From: a virus
Lineage: Duplodnaviria; Caudoviricetes
Reading direction: 5' to 3' (one strand)
Virus record (IMG/VR): IMGVR_UViG_3300021387_000299
Location: 113,820 to 177,819 of that record
Length of the DNA: 64,000 nucleotides
The position numbers and the translations under genes were made by a program. The notes below the pieces were generated by a model that was given only the letters and a program-made list of their open reading frames with translations, was not told the origin of the DNA and ran no database searches. Below are positions 44,277 through 55,153 of this stretch, in pieces (position 1 is the stretch's first letter; each line of letters opens with the position of its first letter).

Positions 44277-44729
44277 ATGAAGATTATAGATTTTGAAACA
44301 AAAGGAAATGTTATTAGATTTGCGCTCGGCGCAGATGATTGCAATGACTATTGGGGGGATGACTGGAATGATGCTCCTTATGAACATAATGCAGGACCTG
44401 TTTATGACCGTTATGTCACTGAATATGCGACCATTCTTGTTCCTTTTGATCATACTGTTTGTGATATGGAGCATGATTGGCATTATCAAGATAATTCTGG
44501 TTATTCTAAAGAAGATTTTAAGCTGGGCAAAGCTCCTTGTATTGTTATTGATATGTTTTCAGATTGGGATGCGAATTATTCTAATGCTGTTTTAAAAAAG
44601 GATAGCATTAGGTTTTTCTTCAATGATCCTCTTGAACCGGGTTTTTATATCTTATGTATTACAGGATCATTAAAACAGGTTATTACTACTGGATTAACTA
44701 AGCCAACCCCCATTCATTTGAATAAATAA
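44277..44729 (+). CDS. Hypothetical protein (WGDDWNDAPYEHNAG motif)
   Basis: Start reassigned to MKIIDFE; a separate small ORF occupies about 44120-44263. Confidence 0.7.
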   Translation: MKIIDFETKGNVIRFALGADDCNDYWGDDWNDAPYEHNAGPVYDRYVTEYATILVPFDHTVCDMEHDWHYQDNSGYSKEDFKLGKAPCIVIDMFSDWDANYSNAVLKKDSIRFFFNDPLEPGFYILCITGSLKQVITTGLTKPTPIHLNK

Positions 44730-44774
44730 AAAATATATAATATAATAATAATGTAAAGAAAGGAAATACAAAAA

Positions 44775-45143
44775 ATGTTAATGAATCATTTCCCCAAAGG
44801 GGATACCCTTCGTTCCAAGAGAAACTTAAAGCGTAGGGTTCGCCGCACTATTCGTCACCTCAATAAGGATTTGCGCGAGGACGTTTTTAAGGACAGATTT
44901 TGGCTGGAGGTGGAAAATGCGCACATTGTTCCGTATAATGACAACTCTGGTTGGGATGCTCATTTCTATATCATTTTTCACGATAGGGATTGTCCTGATC
45001 GTGACTATGGCTACTGGTTTGAGCCTCATTGCATTGTCTATTCTGGTATGTTTGCTGGTGGTAGATATGTTGATTCGGATCTTAACGACTTTATCGTAAA
45101 TTCTGACTTCTGGGAGAAGTATAAGGCGCAGAAAAATCAGTAA
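44775..45143 (+). CDS. Hypothetical protein
   Basis: Own promoter and AAGGA RBS. Confidence 0.75.
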   Translation: MLMNHFPKGDTLRSKRNLKRRVRRTIRHLNKDLREDVFKDRFWLEVENAHIVPYNDNSGWDAHFYIIFHDRDCPDRDYGYWFEPHCIVYSGMFAGGRYVDSDLNDFIVNSDFWEKYKAQKNQ

Positions 45144-45211
45144 TTTGAAAAGTCTTAAAAAAAATTATATAATATATATGTAAAAAGGAAATGGGAAAGT
45201 AAACAGGGGTT

Positions 45212-45460
45212 CGAGGCCCAGGCGGTGATTTCCGGTCGTAACTTTCATCAAGTTACCCGCGCCGTCAGCTAAGGGAGCGGTTGCTTTTGGAGGATGATAG
45301 ACTTCACCATATTCTAATTACTTAATCGTTAGTTTACAGGAAGCCCGAACGCAGCATCGGGGTAGCTGTGCCAAGTAAATCGAAAGATGATTAGGCGGTG
45401 CCATTACAAAAGTGGCGGTCTTGACAGAGAAGACTGGGGTTCAATTCCCCCGGGCCTCGT
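45212..45460 (+). ncRNA. ~250-nt RNA with tRNA-like closing domain
   Basis: CGAGGCCC/GGGCCTCG terminal stem, GGGG-TTCAATT-CCCC T-arm, own promoter, no ORF. Confidence 0.6.
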
Positions 45461-45835
45461 GTAAGCCAACGATTATTTGAAAAGTTTAAAAATAAATTAT
45501 ATAATATATATGTAAATAAGGAAAGGGAAAATAAAAAATGAATGTAACTGTAGGAATGCTGAAACGCTATCTTGAAAATCTCGATGAAAACCTGGAAGTT
45601 GTTGTTTACAATGATGACTATGAATGCGATACCTTCCTGAATGGTGCTCCAGTCGTTTGCACCGCAGATAAGTTTAGATACTGTAGTGGCGACTCTTGTA
45701 TCTGCATGGAGGATAATGATCCCGACAAGCTGTATTGCTACTTCAACATGTAAAAATCCACCACTTAAAAAATTAAAAAAAATATATTAAAATATAAGTG
45801 TAAAGAAAAAAGAAAGGCAAAGAGGTGATTACACT

Positions 45836-46177
45836 ATGACAAACAAGGCTACTCTTACTGACAGAATCAACGCCATCACATTCGAAACTTTGACTGAAGA
45901 GGACTTCCAGTTCCTGGTTGAACGTGCTCTGAAGTCTGTCCGTCCTGCTGGAAAGCGTTCCGACAAGCCGACTAAGGCACAGGTTGCTCGCCAGGCTGAA
46001 CTGGAAAAGGTTGTCGCCTTCGTCGCTGAAAAGGGCGCTGTCACTTGCGCTGATGTTGAAGCTGAGTTCGGCATCTCCAACCAGAAGGCAGCTCGTGCTC
46101 TGAAGGACGCTCCGGGCGTTGTCAAGGCTACTGAAGCCAAGGGCAAGACTAAGGCAACTTGGGTTCTTGCTCAGTAG
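45836..46177 (+). CDS. Winged-helix protein, paralog of 29444
   Basis: LTDRINAITFETLTEEDFQFLVERALKSVR vs LTEQINSIAFEGLTEEQFAFLKERALKSIR. Confidence 0.8.
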   Translation: MTNKATLTDRINAITFETLTEEDFQFLVERALKSVRPAGKRSDKPTKAQVARQAELEKVVAFVAEKGAVTCADVEAEFGISNQKAARALKDAPGVVKATEAKGKTKATWVLAQ

Positions 46178-46260
46178 TATAAAAAGAGGGAGGCGCATGC
46201 CCCTCTTTTTTATTTTTTAAAAAATATATGTTATAATATATACATAAGAGGTAAGAAAAA

Positions 46261-46710
46261 ATGAAAATTAAATTAATGGAAGGCTGTGAGTTAACAGGCT
46301 ATGATATTGTTGCCAAGATAGTTTTACAAATGATTAAATCTCATTTATCTACAACTCCTGATTGTAGCATTATTGTTCGAATAGGAGAATTAAATGAACG
46401 TGAGGGCACTAAATATATTACATATAATAATGAACTTCTTACTCCCATTGGTTGGCACAATATACATGATATGTCAGAGTGGGAATGGGAAAATGACTGG
46501 TGGGAAGGACAACGAGAATTTTATTTTGATGGATTTACTTTATTAAAAGATGTTACCATGGATTATGTTCCATCTTATGATCCCTATTTTTCTAAAGACC
46601 CGTATCTTGCTAAAATTCATTATAAAGGAAATACGTGGATAAAAGATGTAGGTGATATGTCCTGGCTTCCCAATTACTTTCCATTGGTAGAAATAACTGA
46701 AGATAAGTAA
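46261..46710 (+). CDS. Hypothetical protein (all Trp are TGG)
   Basis: WEWENDWWEG motif; GAGG RBS. Confidence 0.75.
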   Translation: MKIKLMEGCELTGYDIVAKIVLQMIKSHLSTTPDCSIIVRIGELNEREGTKYITYNNELLTPIGWHNIHDMSEWEWENDWWEGQREFYFDGFTLLKDVTMDYVPSYDPYFSKDPYLAKIHYKGNTWIKDVGDMSWLPNYFPLVEITEDK

Positions 46711-47128
46711 TAAAAGGGGATTTTAAAATCTCCTTTTTTATTTTTTAAAAAAATATGATATAATATATATATAAAGAAGGTAATGATGAAATGAATAGTT
46801 TTGAATGGATTGGCAATGATGCAATTTTGTATAAAGGAAGAATTTGTCCAATAACAGAGAATGATGGATGGGGCGTCGTTAATGCCATGAATAGAGTTGA
46901 TAAAGAAGAAAAAGAAAAACTTGATCGCCTTAAAGCTGAATTAAGAAATGAATTAATAGCGGAAATAAAAGAAGGTCGTTATGGGAGATATTGATTGTGA
47001 TATTTGTAATTATTGTATTCAATCTTATTTTATTAATTTAAATACATTGGGATGTAAAGTTTTAGATACTACAGGATATTGTCCAATTAAAAAAGTAAAA
47101 ATTGAAAAAACGGAGAAAAATAAAAAAA

Positions 47129-47659
47129 ATGATTACAATGTTAGAGCTGCTTGAAAAAATTAAAAGCGATTCTCAGCCGTCTTCAATTGTTTATAATGAT
47201 GAATATTACTATTGGACTTATGAAAATGAAGAAGGATTTCTTGAAAGTAATTACGTTACTGTGGATAGAAATAAGTTACAAGTAAATTCAAAAAATTCTA
47301 TTGGTGAAATTATTTACAAACGAGTAATTGATTCAGAACCATTAATTACACGAAAAGAGCGCGATTATTTAAAAACAGTTATTTCACCATTCCATGATCG
47401 TATTAAAAGTATTCTGAAAACATGTCCATCAAGGAAAGAAGGCGGAAGAGAAGCAATTGTTATTGTCTATACTGGCGATGATATCACCGAATCAGTTTGT
47501 CAGTTACCCACATTTGAATACAATTCTTCTTTTAAAGGAATGGAATTATGGAAAAACTATCAACTTTCAGATCTTCATATTCATTTTAATAGCAACAAAT
47601 ATGAAGATGAAGATCTTGATGATGAAGATGAATTCGATGATGATGATGAGGAGGAATAA
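47129..47659 (+). CDS. Hypothetical protein with acidic tail
   Basis: ORF with RBS; KERDYLKTVISPF..LPTF..FKGMEL. Confidence 0.7.
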   Translation: MITMLELLEKIKSDSQPSSIVYNDEYYYWTYENEEGFLESNYVTVDRNKLQVNSKNSIGEIIYKRVIDSEPLITRKERDYLKTVISPFHDRIKSILKTCPSRKEGGREAIVIVYTGDDITESVCQLPTFEYNSSFKGMELWKNYQLSDLHIHFNSNKYEDEDLDDEDEFDDDDEEE

Positions 47660-48217
47660 ATGTTATCTACAGAAGTTATGTATTCAGTATTAACTCATTT
47701 ACTTTGGATGGTAGGCGTTCTCATTTTAATCGGAGTTATCCTGGGATTGGTTTATGTAATAAGCGATGGTATAAGGACATGGATAGAAGAATGGAGATAA
47801 AAATGACTGATACAGAAAAATATGTTAAAAAAATTGCAATGGCAATTTCAGCTACAATCGCGGCAAAGTATGGAACAAAACATTGGTGCGAGGATCTTTG
47901 TGGAATTGATCCAGAAGATTTGCGCAAATTCTTAGATTTCGGTCAGGCAGCAATGCTTGGATATTTAGAAGGCAAAGAAAAATGCGGGGATTAAATGAAG
48001 ACAAAACAGAAAAAGACTAAGTTTGAAAGAAACCTTTTCCATTTTATAAACGATTTGCAAATGATGAAAACAAATTCCTATCATCAATTATGGAAAACTT
48101 GGCGCCCAATTAAAATGAGGAAGGCAAAATAATGTAAAAATTCAGATAAGTAATACTTATTTGAATTTTTTTTATTTTTATAATATAATATATATGTAAA
48201 AGGAAAAAGGTGATTAT

Positions 48218-49417
48218 ATGATGGATGTAAGAGGAAAGTTTGGAGAAGCAAAGATTTTTACCGATGTAGTTGACGAAGCTAGCATCGCTCAGGTTATTGA
48301 AATGTTAAATCAGCCTTTTGCGGAAGGTCAGAGAGTCAGAATGATGCCGGACATCCATGCGGGAGCAGGATGTACTGTAGGTACAACTATGACCATTGGC
48401 GACAAGATTTGTCCAAACTTAATTGGTGTTGATATTGGATGTGGTATGCAGGCAGTTCGTGTAGACGCTGATCACATTGATTTTGCGGTTCTTGACAAGA
48501 CTATCCGCAATCTTGTTCCTTCAGGGATGAATGTCCATACAAGATCTGGTAGAAGACCCGTATCAATTGATCTTGAGTCTTTAAGATGCGCGCATGCGTG
48601 TGATCTTGAAAGAGCAAGAAATTCAGTTGGAACTCTTGGAGGGGGAAACCATTTCATTGAGGTAGATCGTGACTCTGCTGGAAATTTATGGCTTGTTGTT
48701 CACTCTGGATCTCGCCATCTTGGAGTTGAAATTGCAACTTTCTACCAGAAGGCGGCAATTGAGAACTTACACCAGGTTTCTGCTGATAAAAGAACTGCTT
48801 TAATTAACTCTTTAAAGGCAGCTGGAAGACAGTCTGAAATTCAGAATGCTTTAGCTAACTTACAGCCGGCATATCCGCACATCCCGGATGCTTTATGCTG
48901 GTGTGAGGGTGATTTAATGCAGGATTATTTGCACGATATGAAGATTGCTCAGCAGTTTGCGGTAGCAAACCGTCAGGCTATTGTTGATATTATCTTAAAC
49001 CGCATGGGTCTCCACGCTGTTGATGGTTTTTCAACTATTCATAACTACATTGACCTTGATAACATGATTCTTCGGAAGGGTTCTGTATCTGCGCAGAAGG
49101 GAGAACGCTTAATTATTCCAATGAATATGAGAGACGGTTCTTTAATCTGTGTTGGAAAGGGAAATCCTGACTGGAACTACTCTGCTCCGCATGGTGCAGG
49201 AAGAATCATGAGCCGTGGACAGGCAAAGAAAGAAATCTCTTTAACTGACTTCGAAGATTCAATGAAGAATGTATGGACAACTTCCGTACAGATTTCAACA
49301 ATCGACGAATCTCCTATGGCTTACAAGCCTATGGAATCAATCCTTGAGAATATTGTAGATACCGTAAGGGTCGTAGATATTATCAAGCCGGTTTATAACT
49401 TCAAGGCATCAGAATAA
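48218..49417 (+). CDS. rtcB: RtcB family RNA 2',3'-cyclic phosphate/5'-OH ligase
   Basis: MPDIHAG, GVDIGCG, GTLGGGNHFIE, HSGSR, HNY, HGAGR, DESPMAYK. Confidence 0.95.
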   Translation: MMDVRGKFGEAKIFTDVVDEASIAQVIEMLNQPFAEGQRVRMMPDIHAGAGCTVGTTMTIGDKICPNLIGVDIGCGMQAVRVDADHIDFAVLDKTIRNLVPSGMNVHTRSGRRPVSIDLESLRCAHACDLERARNSVGTLGGGNHFIEVDRDSAGNLWLVVHSGSRHLGVEIATFYQKAAIENLHQVSADKRTALINSLKAAGRQSEIQNALANLQPAYPHIPDALCWCEGDLMQDYLHDMKIAQQFAVANRQAIVDIILNRMGLHAVDGFSTIHNYIDLDNMILRKGSVSAQKGERLIIPMNMRDGSLICVGKGNPDWNYSAPHGAGRIMSRGQAKKEISLTDFEDSMKNVWTTSVQISTIDESPMAYKPMESILENIVDTVRVVDIIKPVYNFKASE

Positions 49418-49498
49418 CGATAAAAAATTCAAGTAGAAAAATCTCTATTTGAATTTTTTATATTTTTATTATATAATATATATGTAAAGAAAAGGAAG

Positions 49499-50248
49499 GT
49501 GATAAAAATGCCTGTTGCAAAAACTTACGAGAGTTGGGAAATTGTTGAAGGTCCTTACGCTAAGATTGGAAAAAATGGATATTCCACCAACAACTATGTA
49601 AAAGTTAAATCCCCTACTGGAGTTATTAAAGAAGTTCGTTTTTACACCAATAGAGAATATCTGAGAATGTATCCGTCTAAAAAGCAGACATTTTCACAGA
49701 GAGAAATGTTGGGATTCGGTGAAGCTGGATACATTACCATTTACCTCGGCAACACATATGAAAATCTGAATTGGTTTAAGGCAGAACCTAATTGCCGTTA
49801 CCATAAGATTTGGGGTTGGTACACACCTTCCAATCAGGAACTGCCGGAAGAGATTCCCGAAGGTATCTCTACTGCTCAGCTGACTTGGGAAAAGGTTGTT
49901 GGCGAAGGTGGTTTAATCGTTAATGAAACAAAAGCCCAGGACGCAGTTAACGAAATCAAATATGCCAACACAGAAAGCACTAGTGAATATGTTGGCGAGA
50001 TCGGAGATAGAAGCGATTTTACTCTGACTGTAAAAAAGGCAATCTCTCTCTATGGTGCATACGGCGCAAGCACAATGCATATCATGGAAGATAAAAATGG
50101 AAATGTCTTTGTTTGGACTACTTCCGTAAAAGATTTGGAGCAGGGTGTTACTTATGTTCTGAAGGGGACTATTAAAGATCATAAGGAATATCGTGGTGTA
50201 AAGCAGACTATCCTGACTAGATGCAAGGTTATGAAGGAGTTTGAATGA
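49499..50248 (+). CDS. Protein with C-terminal OB-fold; TGA stop in ATGA overlap
   Basis: SEYVGEIGDR..YG..H..D..GNVFVW.T..GTIKDH.EYRGVKQT.LTR. Confidence 0.7.
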   Translation: MIKMPVAKTYESWEIVEGPYAKIGKNGYSTNNYVKVKSPTGVIKEVRFYTNREYLRMYPSKKQTFSQREMLGFGEAGYITIYLGNTYENLNWFKAEPNCRYHKIWGWYTPSNQELPEEIPEGISTAQLTWEKVVGEGGLIVNETKAQDAVNEIKYANTESTSEYVGEIGDRSDFTLTVKKAISLYGAYGASTMHIMEDKNGNVFVWTTSVKDLEQGVTYVLKGTIKDHKEYRGVKQTILTRCKVMKEFE

Positions 50249-50403
50249 TCTACGAATGTATCAAACAGTATAACGATATTGAGCCGGGTACATGCTGGGT
50301 TGCCAGGCTCAATCATTACATGTTTCGTGAAGTAAATGGAGAAAGGATTAGATATTTAACACCATATGTCTTAGAAAAATTTTTCAAAAGAAAGGAATAA
50401 TAT

Positions 50404-50898
50404 ATGGGACTTGATTTTTGCGGTTTTTGGTTAAAAAAGGACGAAACCATGTCAGACTATTGGGCTTTACCATACAAAGAGAAAAAAGAGCGCGAGTTAT
50501 TCTATGGAAGAAGATCTTGGGAACTTGTTCACTTTTTGCAATGCCCAACTGGAAAGAAATGTGACAGCGAATTAACTCTTGAAAGATGGGTTGCATTAAT
50601 GGAAACATTAAGTCAGTTTGGCGATACTTTTGAAGATGTTTGGGACGCCTATTATCTTTGGGAAGAGAGAATGGATGCGTATAATTATGATTTTATGAAT
50701 TTTTGGAAAGTGCATCCAAAAGAAGCCCAGCTGATTGAGACTTATGAAATCTGGTATAAAAAAACTTTTAATGAAGAGCCTTGTCTTGGTTACCGTTTTT
50801 CTGTTGGATACATGCTTGCTTTTTGGAAAGCATGTGATGAGGTGCTTAAATATCTTGAAGATCCTGAATACAAAGTCTGGATGGGTGCATTCTATTAA
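50404..50898 (+). CDS. Hypothetical protein
   Basis: MGLD start; AAGGA RBS. Confidence 0.75.
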   Translation: MGLDFCGFWLKKDETMSDYWALPYKEKKERELFYGRRSWELVHFLQCPTGKKCDSELTLERWVALMETLSQFGDTFEDVWDAYYLWEERMDAYNYDFMNFWKVHPKEAQLIETYEIWYKKTFNEEPCLGYRFSVGYMLAFWKACDEVLKYLEDPEYKVWMGAFY

Positions 50899-51971
50899 GA
50901 GGAGCTTTGTTCCTCTTTTTATTTTTTAAAAAATATATGATATAATATATATATAAAGAAAGATAAGGTGATAAAAATATGGAATATAAAGTTGGTGATT
51001 ATGTTATTACAGATTGGATTATAGATCCTGTAAAAATTATTTCAATGGATGAAGAAGAGGGAATTATCGTTTTACTTCCACGCTTTATAACATATTATGA
51101 TAATGATGATGTTGCTTTTTGGCAAAGCGAAATTGAAATTAGTGATATTGTAGATTTTTCTACAAAGGAAGCTTTCGTTCGAGCTGCGAAAGATAGTTTA
51201 ATTGATTATCAAAACACTGTAAATAAACATCTTACAAAAATGCAAAATTTAATTACATTAAGTGAGGTATTTGAATAATGAGAGACCCAAAGAGAATTGA
51301 TGAAGTTACCCAAAAGTTAAATGAACTTTGGCATAAGTATCCAGATCTGCGATTTTGGCAGTTGCTGAGTTGCATTCCGTTACCTGGCAGAAGAGATCCA
51401 TTTTATCTTGAAGATGAATTAACTCTTGAAATTCTTGAAAAGGTGATTAAGGAGGGATTTTAATATGAAAATTGGTGTTGATGCTCCCTGGTATAATGAT
51501 TCAGTAGAAAGAACTGCTTTTAACCTTTATGCAATGAATTGTGAAGAGGTTAATGAAATTGCTGAACAGATTGTTAATAGTTTTCCATATAGCGAACTTG
51601 AAGGTATTGATATTGAAGATATTAAATATAGCTTTGGCGTTGATGACGCAACTGCGCAAGCAGTTTATGATAGAATGTGGGAATTGATTGATTAATGGAT
51701 TGGATTAAAAATATTTTGTTTGTAATTATTATTTTTCAAGAACTTCAAATCATATTATTAAACAAAAGAAATATGGATTTAAGACAGGATGTTATGGTTT
51801 TAAATCAGATGATGGCAAGACTAATTGATAAGAATTTGTCTGAAAAAATCCTTATTGAAGATAAAAGAACCAGTGCTAAAAATAAAGAAACCGACAAATA
51901 AAGGTCGGTTTTGATTTTTAATAAAAAATATAATATAATATATATGTAATGAATAAGAAAGAGGTAAATGG

Positions 51972-53564
51972 ATGGGCAAGTTGTTTGATAAGTTAGACCA
52001 TAAGGATGAACTTGACGCATGGATTAAAACGTATGCTGGTTATGAAAATGTTACAAATGAAAATCCGCCAGCATCATTGGCACATTTAATGCGCTATTGG
52101 GAGGCCGCAAAATCTGAATATCTTTATAAGATGTTTGGCGAACAGTTTATTATTGAAAAAACTATTTCAGTGGAAACTTCTAGAGAAGAAATTTTTGATA
52201 AAATGTGGAATGCGTTGACCTATGAATCTGATATGACAGATTTTAAATTGGCGTATAGAAATTGGTTAGGCGATGCAAATTTAGATCTTAACGCAAATGC
52301 TGAATTATGGTATTTAATTTCACCTGATATTTTGACTGATAATAAGTATAGTTTTGAAACTCATAAGATTTCTATTAACGATACTACAATTACTGTTCAA
52401 AAGGGATGCAAGCCGATGAAGGCTTTAGCTAAAATCGCCGAACTTGCTGGACTTGAAGGTTTTGAAAAATTCAGAATTGCGCATTCTAATATCTTGGGTA
52501 AGAAAAAGACAACTGGAACTCTTTGTCTTTCAATTCATCCGCTTGATTATATTACAATGAGTGATAATGATAATGGATGGGATTCTTGCATGAACTGGAT
52601 CAATGCTGGCTGTTATAGAATTGGCACGGTTGAAATGATGAACTCTCCTGCTGTTGTTGTTGCTTATTTAAAGAGCCATAAGACAATGAGATTCCATGAT
52701 AGTGAGTGGAATAGTAAAAAGTGGAGAAATCTATTTATCGTTGATAGAGATTTCATTACTGGAATCAAAGGATATCCATATCAGGATTCTTATTTGGATG
52801 AAACGTGTATTGACATCCTTATGAATCTTGCGGAAAAGAATCTTGGTTATCGTTATGAGCATGATATTGTTGAACATTCATTTGAAAGTTATAAAGACGA
52901 AGTTGAGTTTCCAGAACTTGATAGAAATGTTGACTTCAGATTCTTTACCAATTGGATGTACAATGACTTTGGCAATGGCAATACCACTCATATGGTAATT
53001 GCTCCAGATACATATGATGTTGATTTCAATTACTCTGGAACTCCAGAATGTATGTATTGTGGAAATGTTTTAAATGACTGTGATAATTATAACGAAGAGG
53101 AAACTTCTGCTGTAATTTGTACTGATTGTATGCAATTAATTAGATGTGAATATTGTAATGAAGTCATTCGTCCAGGAGAAGAGTGTGAACTCGACGGACA
53201 CATCATTTGCGGTGATTGTTATGAAGCCTATGCAACATACGATCCGCTCAATGATGAAACGCATAGTCGAGAGAATATGGATACCGTTTTTTTGGTAGAT
53301 GATACAAAAGTGTCAGAAGATGATGATCCATTTAGATGCTATTGCTCCTTTGTTAAATTATTTACTTGCATTGATACTGTTATTGATAATCTTCCAAAAG
53401 ATATTCGTAGAAAAATTCATACAACAAAAATCAAAAGATTCCTTGATTTTGAGTTTAATTGGTATGAGTATATTAACTATATTAAGTTATCAGAAATTGA
53501 AAATGAAGTGGATAGAAAATACCTGAAAGAAGTTTATAACGAATACGGGTATTGGTCTAATTAA
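51972..53564 (+). CDS. Large hypothetical protein with C-terminal CxxC clusters
   Basis: 530-aa ORF; CMYC, CTDC, CEYC, CGDC. Confidence 0.8.
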   Translation: MGKLFDKLDHKDELDAWIKTYAGYENVTNENPPASLAHLMRYWEAAKSEYLYKMFGEQFIIEKTISVETSREEIFDKMWNALTYESDMTDFKLAYRNWLGDANLDLNANAELWYLISPDILTDNKYSFETHKISINDTTITVQKGCKPMKALAKIAELAGLEGFEKFRIAHSNILGKKKTTGTLCLSIHPLDYITMSDNDNGWDSCMNWINAGCYRIGTVEMMNSPAVVVAYLKSHKTMRFHDSEWNSKKWRNLFIVDRDFITGIKGYPYQDSYLDETCIDILMNLAEKNLGYRYEHDIVEHSFESYKDEVEFPELDRNVDFRFFTNWMYNDFGNGNTTHMVIAPDTYDVDFNYSGTPECMYCGNVLNDCDNYNEEETSAVICTDCMQLIRCEYCNEVIRPGEECELDGHIICGDCYEAYATYDPLNDETHSRENMDTVFLVDDTKVSEDDDPFRCYCSFVKLFTCIDTVIDNLPKDIRRKIHTTKIKRFLDFEFNWYEYINYIKLSEIENEVDRKYLKEVYNEYGYWSN

Positions 53565-53755
53565 ATTCAAAAATTTGAATTTAAAAAAAATAAATTGTAT
53601 AATATATATGTAAGGTAAGGAAAGAGGAAAAAATAGAGTAGACGCCGCCTCTAAGGACTTGAAATCGCGCTCAACCTTACAGTCCTTGAAAAATTAAAAA
53701 AATAATTGTATAATATAAATGTAAATAAGGAAAGGAAAAATACGGTAAAACATTT

Positions 53756-54136
53756 ATGACAGACAAAAAGATGACTAAAAAGGATTTCTACAACATGATC
53801 AAAGACGCTATGGCTGATAACGCTGATGTGGTTGCATTCTGCGAGAAGGAGATCGCAGCTCTTGATAACAAGGCGACAAAGGCAAAGGAGAGAGCTGCGG
53901 CTAAGGCAGCTGAGGGCGACGCTCTTACAGATGCAATTCTTGCAGTATTAACTGAGACTCCGATGACAAATGCTGAGATTCTTAATGCAGTAAATGCTGG
54001 TGAGGATGTCACAGTTAACAAAATCGCTTATAGAGCAAATAAGTTAGTTACAGACGGTAAGGCAGTAAAGACCGAGGTCACTGTAGCTGATACAAACGGT
54101 AAGAACAGAAAGCTTGTTGCTTATACAATCGCTTAA
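53756..54136 (+). CDS. Winged-helix family protein
   Basis: KMTKKDFY..VVAFCEKEIAALD.K resembles 32343/37118. Confidence 0.75.
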   Translation: MTDKKMTKKDFYNMIKDAMADNADVVAFCEKEIAALDNKATKAKERAAAKAAEGDALTDAILAVLTETPMTNAEILNAVNAGEDVTVNKIAYRANKLVTDGKAVKTEVTVADTNGKNRKLVAYTIA

Positions 54137-54332
54137 TGAAAAAACGAGGGTTCATACCCTCAAGAAGGTTCATGCCTTCGTTTTCTGGAGAACGTCCATG
54201 CGTTCTCCCTTTTTTTTATTTTTAAAATCCATAAGCTGAGATCGCCGCGCGGCCGGCCGCACATGCCGCTTCCGCAAATAAAATTGCCATTGGGAAAAAA
54301 CTATGGTAAAATAATAATAAGGAGGTATTTTT

Positions 54333-55115
54333 ATGAAATATTGTTTAAGAAGTCGCTTAACTCCTCGATATTTATCAAAAGCAGATGAAATTAGAGTGGA
54401 TTATAGAGACAAAGCAACAATTCCAGATTTGCATCACACATATCCAAAAGCTACTATAATTTTATTTCCTCCAATAGACAAACAAATTGAATACGATTGG
54501 AATGAAATAATGCAATATAATTTGTTATGTAATTCTAATTTCATTCTTAACTTAAATGATTTAAGGCTTGCTAAAATTACCAAAGATCAAGGCATTAGAT
54601 TTATGATCAATATTGAAGCAACCTCATATTGGGAATTAGATGGATTAGAAAAGCTTGGCGCAGAATATGCATATGTTGGGATTCCTTTATTCTTTGATTT
54701 ACCAGATACTGTAAATTATAATATCAAACTAAGAGCTGTTCCAACAGTAGCATATAACCATAGTTTGCCTCATAATAATGGTATTTGCGGTCAATGGATT
54801 AGACCAGAAGATGTTGAAAAATACGAAGAATATATTGAAGTTTTAGAATTTGAATCTTGTGATGTTGCAAGAGAACAGACGTTATATAAGGTATATGCTG
54901 AGGACAAAGAATGGAGTACTCGACTAGATATATTAGTTCAAGATTTAGGTTCTCCCGCAATTAATCGTATGATTATGCCAGAAGTTGCAGAAAATCGCTT
55001 GCGTTGTCGCCAACGTTGTAAGTCAAAAGGATCTTGCCATATATGTGAAACCGCACTTAAGCTAGCTGATCCGGATTTTTTGCCTAAGCAAATAAATCAA
55101 TCAATTGAAAAATAA
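54333..55115 (+). CDS. Hypothetical protein with Cys-rich C-terminus (possibly U32-like)
   Basis: WIRPEDV..Y; C-terminal CRQRC..CHIC. Confidence 0.55.
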   Translation: MKYCLRSRLTPRYLSKADEIRVDYRDKATIPDLHHTYPKATIILFPPIDKQIEYDWNEIMQYNLLCNSNFILNLNDLRLAKITKDQGIRFMINIEATSYWELDGLEKLGAEYAYVGIPLFFDLPDTVNYNIKLRAVPTVAYNHSLPHNNGICGQWIRPEDVEKYEEYIEVLEFESCDVAREQTLYKVYAEDKEWSTRLDILVQDLGSPAINRMIMPEVAENRLRCRQRCKSKGSCHICETALKLADPDFLPKQINQSIEK

Positions 55116-55153
55116 TAAAAAATATTATATAATATATAAAAGAGAGGTGAAAT

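Noticed and set aside
45212-45460. tmRNA
   Set aside because: No G3:U70 alanylation pair, no CCA end and no recognisable tag reading frame.
45836-46177. Z-alpha (Z-DNA/RNA-binding) assignment for the winged-helix paralogs
   Set aside because: Resemblance is only at the general wHTH level; the diagnostic N..LY and PP.W residues are not evident.
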